In this document: piece by piece, positions 55,674 to 63,968 of the stretch
How positions within the stretch are numbered: position 1 is the first letter of the stretch
Layout: every line of letters starts with the position of its first letter
Source: Gemmatimonadota bacterium
GTDB taxonomy: Bacteria > Gemmatimonadota > Gemmatimonadetes > Gemmatimonadales > GWC2-71-9
Assembly (NCBI GenBank): GCA_025357945.1
Contig: JANYLJ010000074.1
Span: 28,332-92,331 of the forward strand
DNA length: 64,000 bases
Direction of reading: 5' to 3'
The notes under the pieces: generated by a model
The model's input: only the letters and a program-made list of their open reading frames with translations
Told to the model about the DNA's origin: nothing
The model's database searches: none
Program-made: the position numbers and the translations under genes

Positions 55674-56342
55674 TCAGGATGCGGCCCGAGGTGGCGTGAA
55701 AGCGCACGCGTCGTGCAGCAGGCGCTGCACCTCTTCATCGCTTGTCTGACCGAATTCAACGTACCAGCGACCCACGCCGTCGAACGGCTCGGGCGTCATG
55801 ACCGATACGATCTCGTCGGCGATTCCGCGCAACGCGCGATCGGCGTCCGATGAGGCCACCGGGACGGCGACGACGATCCGGTGCGGGTGCTGTGCGCGAA
55901 GCGCGGCGACAGCGGCGCTCATCGATGCGCCAGTTGCCAGCCCGTCGTCGACGAGGATGACCGTCTGGTCGGTGACGGTCGGGGGAGGCGCCCCACCACG
56001 GTAGAGCGTATCGCGGCGGATCAGTTCCCGCTGCTCGCGCGCCGTTATCCGCTCGACATCGTCGGCGGCCAGGCCAACCCTCTCGATCAGGTCGGCATTC
56101 AGCACCCGCACACCGCCGGGGGCAATGGCGCCAAATGCCACCTCTTCGTTTTGCGGGAGACCGAGCTTTCGGACGACGAACGCGTCGAGCGGCAGCGACA
56201 GGACGCTCGCGATCTCGTACGCAACCGGCACGCCACCACGCGGCAAGCCGAGCACCACCGTATCCGACCGGGATGCATAGCCACCGAGCAATTCAGCGAG
56301 TGCGCGCCCGGCGGCGCGACGGTTGAGAAAGCGTGTCGGCAT
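55674..56342 (-). CDS. Type I phosphoribosyltransferase-fold protein (COG1926-like)
   Basis: VVLGLPRGGVPVA and the PRPP loop VILVDDGLATGASM identify it. The ATG at 56342 (MPTRFLNRRAAGRALA) is preferred over the tracked 56432. It ends 9 nt before the Ere-family start. Confidence 0.8.
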   Translation of the reverse strand: MPTRFLNRRAAGRALAELLGGYASRSDTVVLGLPRGGVPVAYEIASVLSLPLDAFVVRKLGLPQNEEVAFGAIAPGGVRVLNADLIERVGLAADDVERITAREQRELIRRDTLYRGGAPPPTVTDQTVILVDDGLATGASMSAAVAALRAQHPHRIVVAVPVASSDADRALRGIADEIVSVMTPEPFDGVGRWYVEFGQTSDEEVQRLLHDACAFTPPRAAS

Positions 56343-56481
56343 GGTACCCAAGATGCCCCCCGGGGGACCGCCCGTCAGTCGGTGGAATCGCGCAGGTGCT
56401 GTCAGGCCGCGCCCGACGCAGGGTCCCCGCATGCCCCGGCAGGTAGTAACTTCGATCCACCCGAACTAACGGAGACGGACG

Positions 56482-56754
56482 ATGCCGCAATACCTGATCG
56501 AGCGTGAGGTTCCAGGAGCCGGCAAGATGTCGCCCGCGGAGCTCAAGGCACTGTCGCAGCAATCGTGCAGCGTGCTGAACCGGATGGGGCCGACGATCCA
56601 ATGGGATCACAGCTACGTCACTGGCGACAAGATCTACTGTGTGTACCGGGCGCCGAACGCCGAAATGATTCGCGAGCACGCCCGGCAGGGCGGCTTCCCG
56701 GCCAATGTGATTTCCGAGGTCACGGCGACGATCAATCCGAAGACGGCGGAGTGA
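56482..56754 (+). CDS. DUF4242-like small protein
   Basis: It is 90 aa with MPQYLIEREVPGAG.MS..EL......S..VL.....IQW.HSYVT.DKIYCVY.AP, which fits my memory of DUF4242. A GGAG SD lies upstream. Confidence 0.65.
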   Translation: MPQYLIEREVPGAGKMSPAELKALSQQSCSVLNRMGPTIQWDHSYVTGDKIYCVYRAPNAEMIREHARQGGFPANVISEVTATINPKTAE

Positions 56755-56913
56755 TCTACCCGCAGCCGGACGGGCGGCGTGGCGAACCGCGTCCTGCCGG
56801 TGTTGCGTATTGAAACTGTACGCCGCGCGCCTCGTATTCGACGTGCTCGGCGAACGGGGCACGGTTTCCGCCCTGCACGGCTCCGGATTTCAGCTGGCGC
56901 GTGCCCCGGCTCA

Positions 56914-56943
56914 TTGACCGAACCCCTTGTCCGCGGCTAGCTT
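56914..56943 (+). promoter_or_regulatory. Putative sigma70-type promoter for rplM-rpsI
   Basis: TTGACC (56914-56919) is followed by a 17-nt spacer and CTAGCT, or by an 18-nt spacer and TAGCTT. It lies about 50 nt upstream of the L13 start. Confidence 0.3.
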
Positions 56944-56994
56944 GAGGGTCTGTATCGGAAATGGCTCTTACGCTTGGGACAGGGATTTCGGGGC

Positions 56995-57447
56995 ATGAAG
57001 ACCTTCAGCGCCAAACATTCGGACCTGCAGCACGACTGGCATGTAGTTGATGCGACCGACGTACCACTCGGCCGCCTCGCCACGCACGTCGCGCAACTCA
57101 TTCGCGGCAAGCACAAGCCGACGTTCACGCCGCACATGGACGGTGGCGATTTCGTCATCGTGCTCAACGCGTCGAAGGTCAAATTCACCGGTCGCAAGGC
57201 GAGCCAGAAGGAATACTTCCGGCACACCGGCTACATGGGTCACGATCGTTACACCGTCGCCCAGGACATGCTCGCCAAGCATCCTGATCGGGTCATCGAG
57301 AAGGCCGTGTTCGGCATGCTGCCGAAGAACTCACTGGCGCGCCAGAAGCTGCGCACCAAGCTCAAGGTATACGGCGGTGCGGAACACCCGCACGCGGCAC
57401 AGCAGCCCAAGCCGTTCACCATTGTTTCCAAGGCGAAGACCAACTGA
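56995..57447 (+). CDS. rplM: 50S ribosomal protein L13
   Basis: W.VVDA....LGRLA..VA..IRGKHKP.FTPH.D.GD.VIV.NA is typical. The ATG at 56995 (MKTF) is preferred to the tracked 56974. Confidence 0.95.
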   Translation: MKTFSAKHSDLQHDWHVVDATDVPLGRLATHVAQLIRGKHKPTFTPHMDGGDFVIVLNASKVKFTGRKASQKEYFRHTGYMGHDRYTVAQDMLAKHPDRVIEKAVFGMLPKNSLARQKLRTKLKVYGGAEHPHAAQQPKPFTIVSKAKTN

Positions 57448-57848
57448 TGGCCGCTCCTCATGAACTCCGCGTGCAGGCCATTGGCCGCCGCAAGACCAGT
57501 ATCGCGCGCGTCTATCTCACGCCGGGCACCGGCAAGTGGGACGTCAACGGCCGCACCCTCGGCGATTATTTCCCGCGGCCGTCGCTGGTGCAGCATATTC
57601 AGCAGCCGTTCGCGGCCACCGACACCCTCGGCGCGTTCGACGTCATGGCGCATGTGAACGGTGGCGGTGTGGCAGGACAGGCGGGGGCGATGCGGCACGC
57701 TGTTGCCCGCGCGCTCGTCGTCGCCGACGCACAGCACCGGCCGAAGCTGCGTACGGCTGGATTGCTGACGCGCGATCCGCGCGCCGTCGAACGGAAAAAG
57801 CCGGGCCGTCCTGGTGCACGTAAGCGGTTCCAGTTTAGCAAGCGTTAG
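57447..57848 (+). CDS. rpsI: 30S ribosomal protein S9
   Basis: GRRKTSIARV, GGG..GQAGA.RHA.ARAL and the tail TRD.R.VERKK.G...ARKR.QFSKR are typical S9. Confidence 0.95.
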   Translation: MAAPHELRVQAIGRRKTSIARVYLTPGTGKWDVNGRTLGDYFPRPSLVQHIQQPFAATDTLGAFDVMAHVNGGGVAGQAGAMRHAVARALVVADAQHRPKLRTAGLLTRDPRAVERKKPGRPGARKRFQFSKR

Positions 57849-57868
57849 ACCTGAGCGACCCGCCCTGA

Positions 57869-57905
57869 GCACGCGCAACGGCGCGTGCGAAGGGCCTTTC
57901 GGCCC
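57869..57905 (+). terminator. Two adjacent GC hairpins after rpsI
   Basis: GCACGCGC-AACG-GCGCGTGC (57869-57888) and GGGCC-TTTC-GGCCC (57892-57905) are present. There is no long U-run. Confidence 0.35.
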
Positions 57906-58075
57906 GATCGCACGACCCCGGATCGAGGGCGCAACACCGATCGCACCACACACGCGCGCCACGCTGGCGCGCGCAGACACAGGTCTGCCTGATGCTGTCA
58001 CCGGTGCCCCTCGGGGTTGCGACAGCGCGTGACGGCAGACACTGAGATCACCCAACTGTTGAGGAGTCGTAACGC

Positions 58076-58957
58076 GTGGCAATGCCAACCCTGCAGGACC
58101 TGCTCGACGCCGGCACGCACTTCGGGCACCAGACCCGTCGTTGGAACCCGAAGATGCGCAAGTTCATCTTCGCCGAACGCTCAGGCATCTATCTCATCGA
58201 TCTTCAGAAGACCGTCAAGCAACTCGCCGTGGCCGCCGACGTCCTCAAGCAGGTCGCGCTCAAGGGTGAAAATATTCTTTTCGTCTGCACCAAGCGGCAA
58301 CTCAAGGCGGTGGTGGAGGTCGAAGCACGCAACGCGGGCTGCCATTACGTCACCGAGCGTTGGCTCGGCGGCACGCTGACAAATTTCCAGACCATCAAGA
58401 AGCAGATTCGCCGGCTCCGTGACCTCGAGCAGGGCGCGACCGAAGGCGATTTCGAGAACTACACCAAGAAGGAACAGCTGCTCTTCGGGCGTGAACGTGA
58501 GAAGCTGTCGCGCAACCTCGAGGGGATCAAGATGATGGCTCGCCTCCCGGGTGCGTTGTTCATCGTGGACGCGAAGAAGGAGAAGATCGCGATCCAGGAA
58601 GCCAATCGTCTCGGCATTCCCGTTGTCGCGATCGTGGACACCAACGCTGATCCAGATGTCATCACGGTGCCGATTCCGGGCAACGACGATGCCATTCGCA
58701 GCGTGTCGCTGATCACCTCCGCACTCTGTGACGCCATTCGTGAAGCGCGCGCCCAGATGCCGGTGCGCGATGTCGGCGCCGCCGGTGATGACGATGGCGA
58801 GACCTATTCCGCCGGCGACGGTGATGGCGCCTCGGACGAAGATCGCAAGAAGCGTCGTCCCCGCCGCAAGCGGAAGGCGCGTCCGGAAGCCATCGCGGCC
58901 CGCATGAAGCACGATCCCGCGGCTCCGGGCGACGGCACCGGCGAGTCGCTGACCTGA
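58076..58957 (+). CDS. rpsB: 30S ribosomal protein S2 with a charged C-terminal extension
   Basis: LLDAGTHFGHQTRRWNPKM, ERWLGGTLTN and DTNADPD identify it. The GAGGAG SD lies 9 nt before GTG 58076, and the ATG at 58082 is an alternative start. The last ~55 aa form an acidic then basic tail. Confidence 0.95.
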   Translation: MAMPTLQDLLDAGTHFGHQTRRWNPKMRKFIFAERSGIYLIDLQKTVKQLAVAADVLKQVALKGENILFVCTKRQLKAVVEVEARNAGCHYVTERWLGGTLTNFQTIKKQIRRLRDLEQGATEGDFENYTKKEQLLFGREREKLSRNLEGIKMMARLPGALFIVDAKKEKIAIQEANRLGIPVVAIVDTNADPDVITVPIPGNDDAIRSVSLITSALCDAIREARAQMPVRDVGAAGDDDGETYSAGDGDGASDEDRKKRRPRRKRKARPEAIAARMKHDPAAPGDGTGESLT

Positions 58958-58961
58958 CAAT

Positions 58962-59028
58962 GTCATCCCGAAGGCCGTGAGGGATCGCTTCGTCACGGGA
59001 CGATCCCTCGCCTGCGGCTCGGGATCAC
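58962..59028. repeat. REP-like paired hairpin element (two inverted units, 15-nt spacer)
   Basis: GTCATCCCGAAGGCCGTGAGGGATC is followed by 15 nt and then GATCCCTCGCCTGCGGCTCGGGATCAC, which is the reverse complement of GTGATCCCGAGCCGCAGGCGAGGGATC. It starts 4 nt after the rpsB stop. Confidence 0.8.
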
Positions 59029-59098
59029 AATGGCAGACCCAGCCGCCGCCCGAACCCCCGGGCGGCGGTTTCGCACCGAGAAACCGTTACACTAGGGC

Positions 59099-59950
59099 AT
59101 GATGCACACCATGACGATCAGCACCAAGGACATTGCCGAACTGCGCGCCCGTACCGGCGCCGGTATGATGGATTGCAAGAACGCGCTCGACGAAGCCCAC
59201 GGCGACATGTCACTCGCCGGCGAGATCCTGCGCAAGAAGGGGATCGCCAAGGCCGAGAAGCGCGCCGGTCGCGATGCGTCGCAGGGGCTGGTGATCATCG
59301 AGACGGTGCCGTCCAAGGGCGCGATGATCGAGCTCAATTGCGAGACCGATTTCGTGGCCCGGACCGAAGGGTTCCAGATGCTCGCCCAGCGGCTGGCGAG
59401 CCACGCGCTCGCCGAGAGCCCGATCGGGGTGTCGCTCGACGATTTCCTCAAGGAATCGTTCGACGGCAAGCCGGTCGAGCAACATATCCAGGAAGCCTCG
59501 GGTACCACCGGCGAGGCGATGACGCTCAAGCGGGTCGTGAAGTACGGCGCCCAGGCTGGGGTCGTTGGTGCGTATCGTCATCACAACCGGCAGGTCGGTG
59601 TCCTGGTGGAAATCACCGGTGCGGCCGATGATGCGGCGGCGGTACTGGCCGCCGAAATTGCGCTGCACATCGCGTCGGCCGATCCGATCGCGGTCAACGC
59701 ATCCGACATCTCGCCCGACCTGCTCGCGCGCGAGCGCCGTATCGCCGAAGAACAGGTCGCCGCGGAAGGGAAGCCGGAGGCGATCCGCGCCAAGATCGTC
59801 GACGGCAAGCTGAGGAAGTTCGCGTCCGAGCGGGCCCTCCTCGAGCAGCCGTTCGTGAAGGACGAATCGCTCACCATCGGGCAGATGGTCGCCAAGGTCG
59901 CCGGGGCCAAGGTGTCGCGCTTCGCCCGCTGCAAGGTCGGCGAGGTCTGA
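59099..59950 (+). CDS. tsf: Translation elongation factor Ts
   Basis: [17 protein letters not shown] and [10 protein letters not shown] identify it. The start could be ATG 59099, 59102 or 59111. Confidence 0.93.
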   Translation: MMHTMTISTKDIAELRARTGAGMMDCKNALDEAHGDMSLAGEILRKKGIAKAEKRAGRDASQGLVIIETVPSKGAMIELNCETDFVARTEGFQMLAQRLASHALAESPIGVSLDDFLKESFDGKPVEQHIQEASGTTGEAMTLKRVVKYGAQAGVVGAYRHHNRQVGVLVEITGAADDAAAVLAAEIALHIASADPIAVNASDISPDLLARERRIAEEQVAAEGKPEAIRAKIVDGKLRKFASERALLEQPFVKDESLTIGQMVAKVAGAKVSRFARCKVGEV

Positions 59951-60660
59951 TGGCCACCGGGTACCGTCGCGCATTGCTCAAGCTCTCCGGGGAGGCACTC
60001 GCCGGCGGGAAAGGCGGTGGCCTCGACTACGGGGTGATGGGAACGCTGGCGGCAGAGATCAAGCAGGTCCACGCGATGGGAGTCAGTCTCGGCGTGGTCG
60101 TGGGCGGCGGCAACATCGTGCGCGGCGCGGCGGCGAGCGGACACGGCCTTGACCGCGTCTCGGCGGACTACATGGGCATGCTGGCGACCGTGATCAATTC
60201 GCTGGCGCTGCAGAACGTCCTCGAAACGCTCGACGTCCCCACCCGCGTGCTCACGGCGATTCGCATGGAATCACTCGCCGAGCCATACATTCGCCGGCGG
60301 ATGATGCGTCACCTCGAGAAGGGGCGGATCGTGATCTTCGGCGGCGGCACCGGCAATCCGTTCTTTTCCACCGACACAGCCGCGGTGCTGCGCGCGCTGG
60401 AAATGGAGGCCGAAGTGGTGCTCAAAGCCACCAACGTGGACGGCGTGTACACCGCCGATCCGCGCACGTCGCCAGACGCCAGGCTCCTGCCCGAACTCAC
60501 GTTCCAGGACGCGCTCGTCAATGGCTACGCCGTGATGGATGCCAACGCGTTCGGCCTCTGCCAGGCCAACCATCTGCCGATCGTCGTTCTCAACATCAAC
60601 CAGCCCGGCGCCATCGCCCGAGTTCTCGGCGGCGAACGCGTTGGCACCCTCGTCCGATGA
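59950..60660 (+). CDS. pyrH: UMP kinase
   Basis: [38 protein letters not shown] and [11 protein letters not shown] identify it. Confidence 0.95.
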   Translation: MATGYRRALLKLSGEALAGGKGGGLDYGVMGTLAAEIKQVHAMGVSLGVVVGGGNIVRGAAASGHGLDRVSADYMGMLATVINSLALQNVLETLDVPTRVLTAIRMESLAEPYIRRRMMRHLEKGRIVIFGGGTGNPFFSTDTAAVLRALEMEAEVVLKATNVDGVYTADPRTSPDARLLPELTFQDALVNGYAVMDANAFGLCQANHLPIVVLNINQPGAIARVLGGERVGTLVR

Positions 60661-61208
60661 CCCTGCAAGAAATCGTCAAATCCGCCCGCGATGGCATGCA
60701 GAAGGCCGTCGAGAACACCAAGAAGGCGCTGCACGGCATCCGCTCCGGCAAGGGGTCGCCCGCGTTGCTCGACACGGTGCGTGTCGATGCCTACGGGACC
60801 CAGGTGCCGCTGGTGCAGGTGGCGATGGTGAGCGCCCCGGAACCGCGTATGCTGGTGGTGCAGCCGTTCGACAAGTCGCTGTCCCAGGCGATCGAGAAGG
60901 CGATCCGTGACGCCAACCTCGGTCTCAACCCGCAGTCGCAAGGGAACCTCATTCGCGTGCCGCTCCCGATGCTGTCTGAAGAGCGGCGGAAGGAGCTCGT
61001 GAAGATTTGCGGCAAGCTGGTCGAAGAGGGTCGCGTGGCGGTGCGGCAGGCCCGCACCGATGCAATGGCCAGGATCAAGAAGGGTGACAAGATGCCGGAA
61101 GACGAGAAGACGCGCGCTGAGAAGGACGTGCAAAAGCACACCGACGAGGCGACGAAGCAGATCGAGGAACAGTTGAAGGCCAAGGAAGCCGAAATCCTCG
61201 CGGTGTGA
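60657..61208 (+). CDS. frr: Ribosome recycling factor
   Basis: It is 183 aa with [27 protein letters not shown] and a C-terminal helix. Confidence 0.95.
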   Translation: MTLQEIVKSARDGMQKAVENTKKALHGIRSGKGSPALLDTVRVDAYGTQVPLVQVAMVSAPEPRMLVVQPFDKSLSQAIEKAIRDANLGLNPQSQGNLIRVPLPMLSEERRKELVKICGKLVEEGRVAVRQARTDAMARIKKGDKMPEDEKTRAEKDVQKHTDEATKQIEEQLKAKEAEILAV

Positions 61209-61957
61209 TGACGGCCGCCGAGTCACCCCGCCTGGTACAGCTGCGCCTCAACGGCGCGATCCCCCGGCACATTGCGATCATCATGGACGGCAACGGTCGC
61301 TGGGCCGGCGAGCGGGGCTTGCCGCGGAGCGCCGGGCATCAGGCCGGTATGGCGTCAGTGCGCGAAGTGGTGGAGGCCTGTATCCAGACCGGCGTCGCGG
61401 TGCTCACCCTGTTCGCTTTTTCCCAGGAGAACTGGCAGCGACCCGCCGCGGAAATCACGGCGCTGATGGCGTTGCTGGAGGAATACATCGCGGGCGAAGC
61501 ATCCGAGCTGCGAGACAAGGGCGTTGCCGTCCGGATGCTCGGCGACCTCGACCGGCTGACACCCGCCGCGCGCGGGGCGGTGGACCGGATTGAATCGACC
61601 ACCGCCGGGGGGCGCGCCCTCGCCCTCAACGTCTGCCTCTCCTACGGCTCCCGCGCCGAGCTGGTGCGGGCTGCGCGCCGCCTCGCCGAGCGCGTACGCG
61701 CCGGCGAACTCGAACCGGGCGCGATCGACGAGGCGGCGCTGACGGCCGAGCTGTACACCGCCGCATGGCCCGATCCCGACCTGCTGATCCGCACCTCGGG
61801 TGAGATGCGGGTTTCCAACTTCCTGCTCTGGCAGGTCGCCTACGCGGAGTTCCACGTGACACCGGTGCTCTGGCCGGACTTCACGCGCGAAGAGTTGTTC
61901 GCTGCGATTCTCGACTTCCAGAACCGCGACCGGCGCTTCGGCCGCGTGAGCACCTGA
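61205..61957 (+). CDS. uppS: Di-trans,poly-cis-undecaprenyl-diphosphate synthase
   Basis: HIAIIMDGNGRWA, FAFSQENW.RP, DLLIRTSGE.R.SNFLLWQ.AY.EF and RRFG identify it. Confidence 0.95.
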   Translation: MMTAAESPRLVQLRLNGAIPRHIAIIMDGNGRWAGERGLPRSAGHQAGMASVREVVEACIQTGVAVLTLFAFSQENWQRPAAEITALMALLEEYIAGEASELRDKGVAVRMLGDLDRLTPAARGAVDRIESTTAGGRALALNVCLSYGSRAELVRAARRLAERVRAGELEPGAIDEAALTAELYTAAWPDPDLLIRTSGEMRVSNFLLWQVAYAEFHVTPVLWPDFTREELFAAILDFQNRDRRFGRVST

Positions 61958-61965
61958 ACGCCACC

Positions 61966-62829
61966 ATGGCCAGCAACCTGATCCGTCGCGTGGCGTTCGC
62001 CGCGATTGCGATTCCACTGCTCGTCGGGGTCGTCTGGCTTGGTGAGTGGTGGTTGATCGCGGTGCTGATGGTGACCGCTGCACTGGGCACCGGTGAGCTG
62101 TTCGATCTCGCTGAGCGGACGGGCGTCAAGCCGCTGCGCGACCTGGGTCGTTTTATCGCCGTGGCGGTGCCGCTGGTGATGATTCTGCTTCTCAAGGTGC
62201 CGAACCGGCTCTGGTTCGCCGATCAGTGGGGCTACCTCGCGGTGTTGGCGGTGCTCGTCGTCATTGCCGCCGCGGTATTCACGCGAACTCCGGAGCAACG
62301 CCCGCTCGCGTCGGTGGCGGTGACCTTGCTGGCGCCGATTTACACCGCGGTGTTGCCGGCCATGGCCTTCGTCACCCGCCACGCGCAATGGGGTGGCAAG
62401 TCGTGGACGGGCACGGCGCTGGTGTTCTTCCCGCTGGTGGTGACGTGGGTCGGCGACAGCGCGGCGATGTTCGGCGGGCGGTTGCTTGGCGGGGCGAAGC
62501 TCGCGCCAACGATCTCTCCCGCGAAGACGCGCGCTGGTGGAATCGCCGGCGTCGTCGTCGGAACCGCGATCGGGGCGGTATACGCGCTGCTGGTGTTCCC
62601 GCGCGTGGACATCACGCTCGCGATCGTGCCCGCCATCAGCCTGGCACTCGTGCTTTCGGTGATCGGGCAGATCGGTGACCTTGCCGAGTCGTTGCTGAAG
62701 CGCGAGGCGGGCGTCAAGGATTCGTCGACGCTCATCCCGGGTCACGGCGGTGTGCTCGATCGTCTCGACTCCCTCTACTTCGCCATTCCGGTCGCGGCGG
62801 CTGGCTATCACCTTCTGGGCGTGATATGA
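61966..62829 (+). CDS. cdsA: Phosphatidate cytidylyltransferase
   Basis: It is multi-pass hydrophobic with the signature SLLKREAGVKDSSTLIPGHGGVLDRLDS. Confidence 0.92.
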   Translation: MASNLIRRVAFAAIAIPLLVGVVWLGEWWLIAVLMVTAALGTGELFDLAERTGVKPLRDLGRFIAVAVPLVMILLLKVPNRLWFADQWGYLAVLAVLVVIAAAVFTRTPEQRPLASVAVTLLAPIYTAVLPAMAFVTRHAQWGGKSWTGTALVFFPLVVTWVGDSAAMFGGRLLGGAKLAPTISPAKTRAGGIAGVVVGTAIGAVYALLVFPRVDITLAIVPAISLALVLSVIGQIGDLAESLLKREAGVKDSSTLIPGHGGVLDRLDSLYFAIPVAAAGYHLLGVI

Positions 62830-63968
62830 CCGCGGCGCCGCCAGCGCGACGCAGCCGCGGCGTTGCCGTGCTCGGCAGCACCGGCTCGATCGGTGTCGCC
62901 ACGCTGCGCGTGCTCGATCGGCACCGCGACGCCTTCCACCTGGTCGCGCTGGTCGCGGGATCACGCCAGGACGCGCTCGCCGAACAGGTCGCCGCGTGGC
63001 GGCCGCAACTCGCTGGCCTCGTACACGGGGACGAGGACACGCCGTTCGCGAGCGGTGCCGGCGTGTTGGTGGCAGCGGCGACGCATCCGGACGTTGACAT
63101 CGTGGTCAATGCCGTCGTCGGCGCCGTGGGACTCGACGCCACGCTCGCCGCACTGCGAGCCGGCAAGCGTGTCGCGCTCGCCAACAAGGAGACGCTGGTG
63201 ATGGCGGGTCCGCTGGTCGCCGAGGCGGCGCGAAGCGGCGGTGGCGAACTGGTGCCGATCGATTCGGAACACAGCGCCGTGCTGCAATGCGTGACCGCAC
63301 AGGGCAGCGCCCCGTCACGGCTGATCCTGACGGCGTCCGGTGGGCCGTTCCGCACCTGGGAGCGCGACCGATTGGCGCGGGCCACCGTGGCCGAAGCGTT
63401 GCAGCACCCGACCTGGCGGATGGGATCGAAGATCTCGGTCGATTCGGCGACGCTCGCCAACAAGGCGCTCGAAGTAATCGAGGCGCACTACCTCTTCGGG
63501 CTGCCGTACGATGCGATCGAGGTCGTGGTGCATCCGCAGAGCATCATCCACGCGCTGGTGGAATTCCCGGACGGCAGCGTCCTGGCACAGCTGGGGTTTC
63601 CGTCGATGGAACTGCCGATTCTGTACGCCCTTTCCCATCCGGATCGCCTGGCAGACGAGGGATTGCGTCGGTTCGACCCGATTGCGGCTGGGCCCCTGAC
63701 ATTCGAGCCGTTGCGCAACGAATGTTTCCCCGCCTTCATGCTTGGGCTCTCGGCCGGGCGCGCAGGCGGCACCATGCCGGCGGCCTTCAACGCGGCGAAT
63801 GAGGTGGCAGTGGCGGCATTCCTGTCGGGCAGGATCGGTTTTGGGGGGATTGCCGGCGTGATCGAAGATGTGCTGACCCGGATTGATGCGGGGCCGCAGC
63901 CCACGCTCGATGCCGTGCGCGCCACGGACGCCGAAGCGCGCCGCATCGCGCGGCAGGTGGTCGCGTGA
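62826..63968 (+). CDS. dxr: 1-deoxy-D-xylulose 5-phosphate reductoisomerase
   Basis: VAVLGSTGSIG..TL, LANKETLV, PIDSEHSA and HP.W.MG.KISVDSATL.NK.LE.IEA identify it. Confidence 0.95.
   Translation: MTAAPPARRSRGVAVLGSTGSIGVATLRVLDRHRDAFHLVALVAGSRQDALAEQVAAWRPQLAGLVHGDEDTPFASGAGVLVAAATHPDVDIVVNAVVGAVGLDATLAALRAGKRVALANKETLVMAGPLVAEAARSGGGELVPIDSEHSAVLQCVTAQGSAPSRLILTASGGPFRTWERDRLARATVAEALQHPTWRMGSKISVDSATLANKALEVIEAHYLFGLPYDAIEVVVHPQSIIHALVEFPDGSVLAQLGFPSMELPILYALSHPDRLADEGLRRFDPIAAGPLTFEPLRNECFPAFMLGLSAGRAGGTMPAAFNAANEVAVAAFLSGRIGFGGIAGVIEDVLTRIDAGPQPTLDAVRATDAEARRIARQVVA

Noticed and set aside
56354-56364. The CCCCCCGGGGG palindrome as a third member of the CCCCGGGG motif seen near 8575 and 8635.
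   Set aside because: A C/G-only 8-mer is expected roughly ten times by chance in 64 kb at this GC content, and the ATACC extension is absent here.
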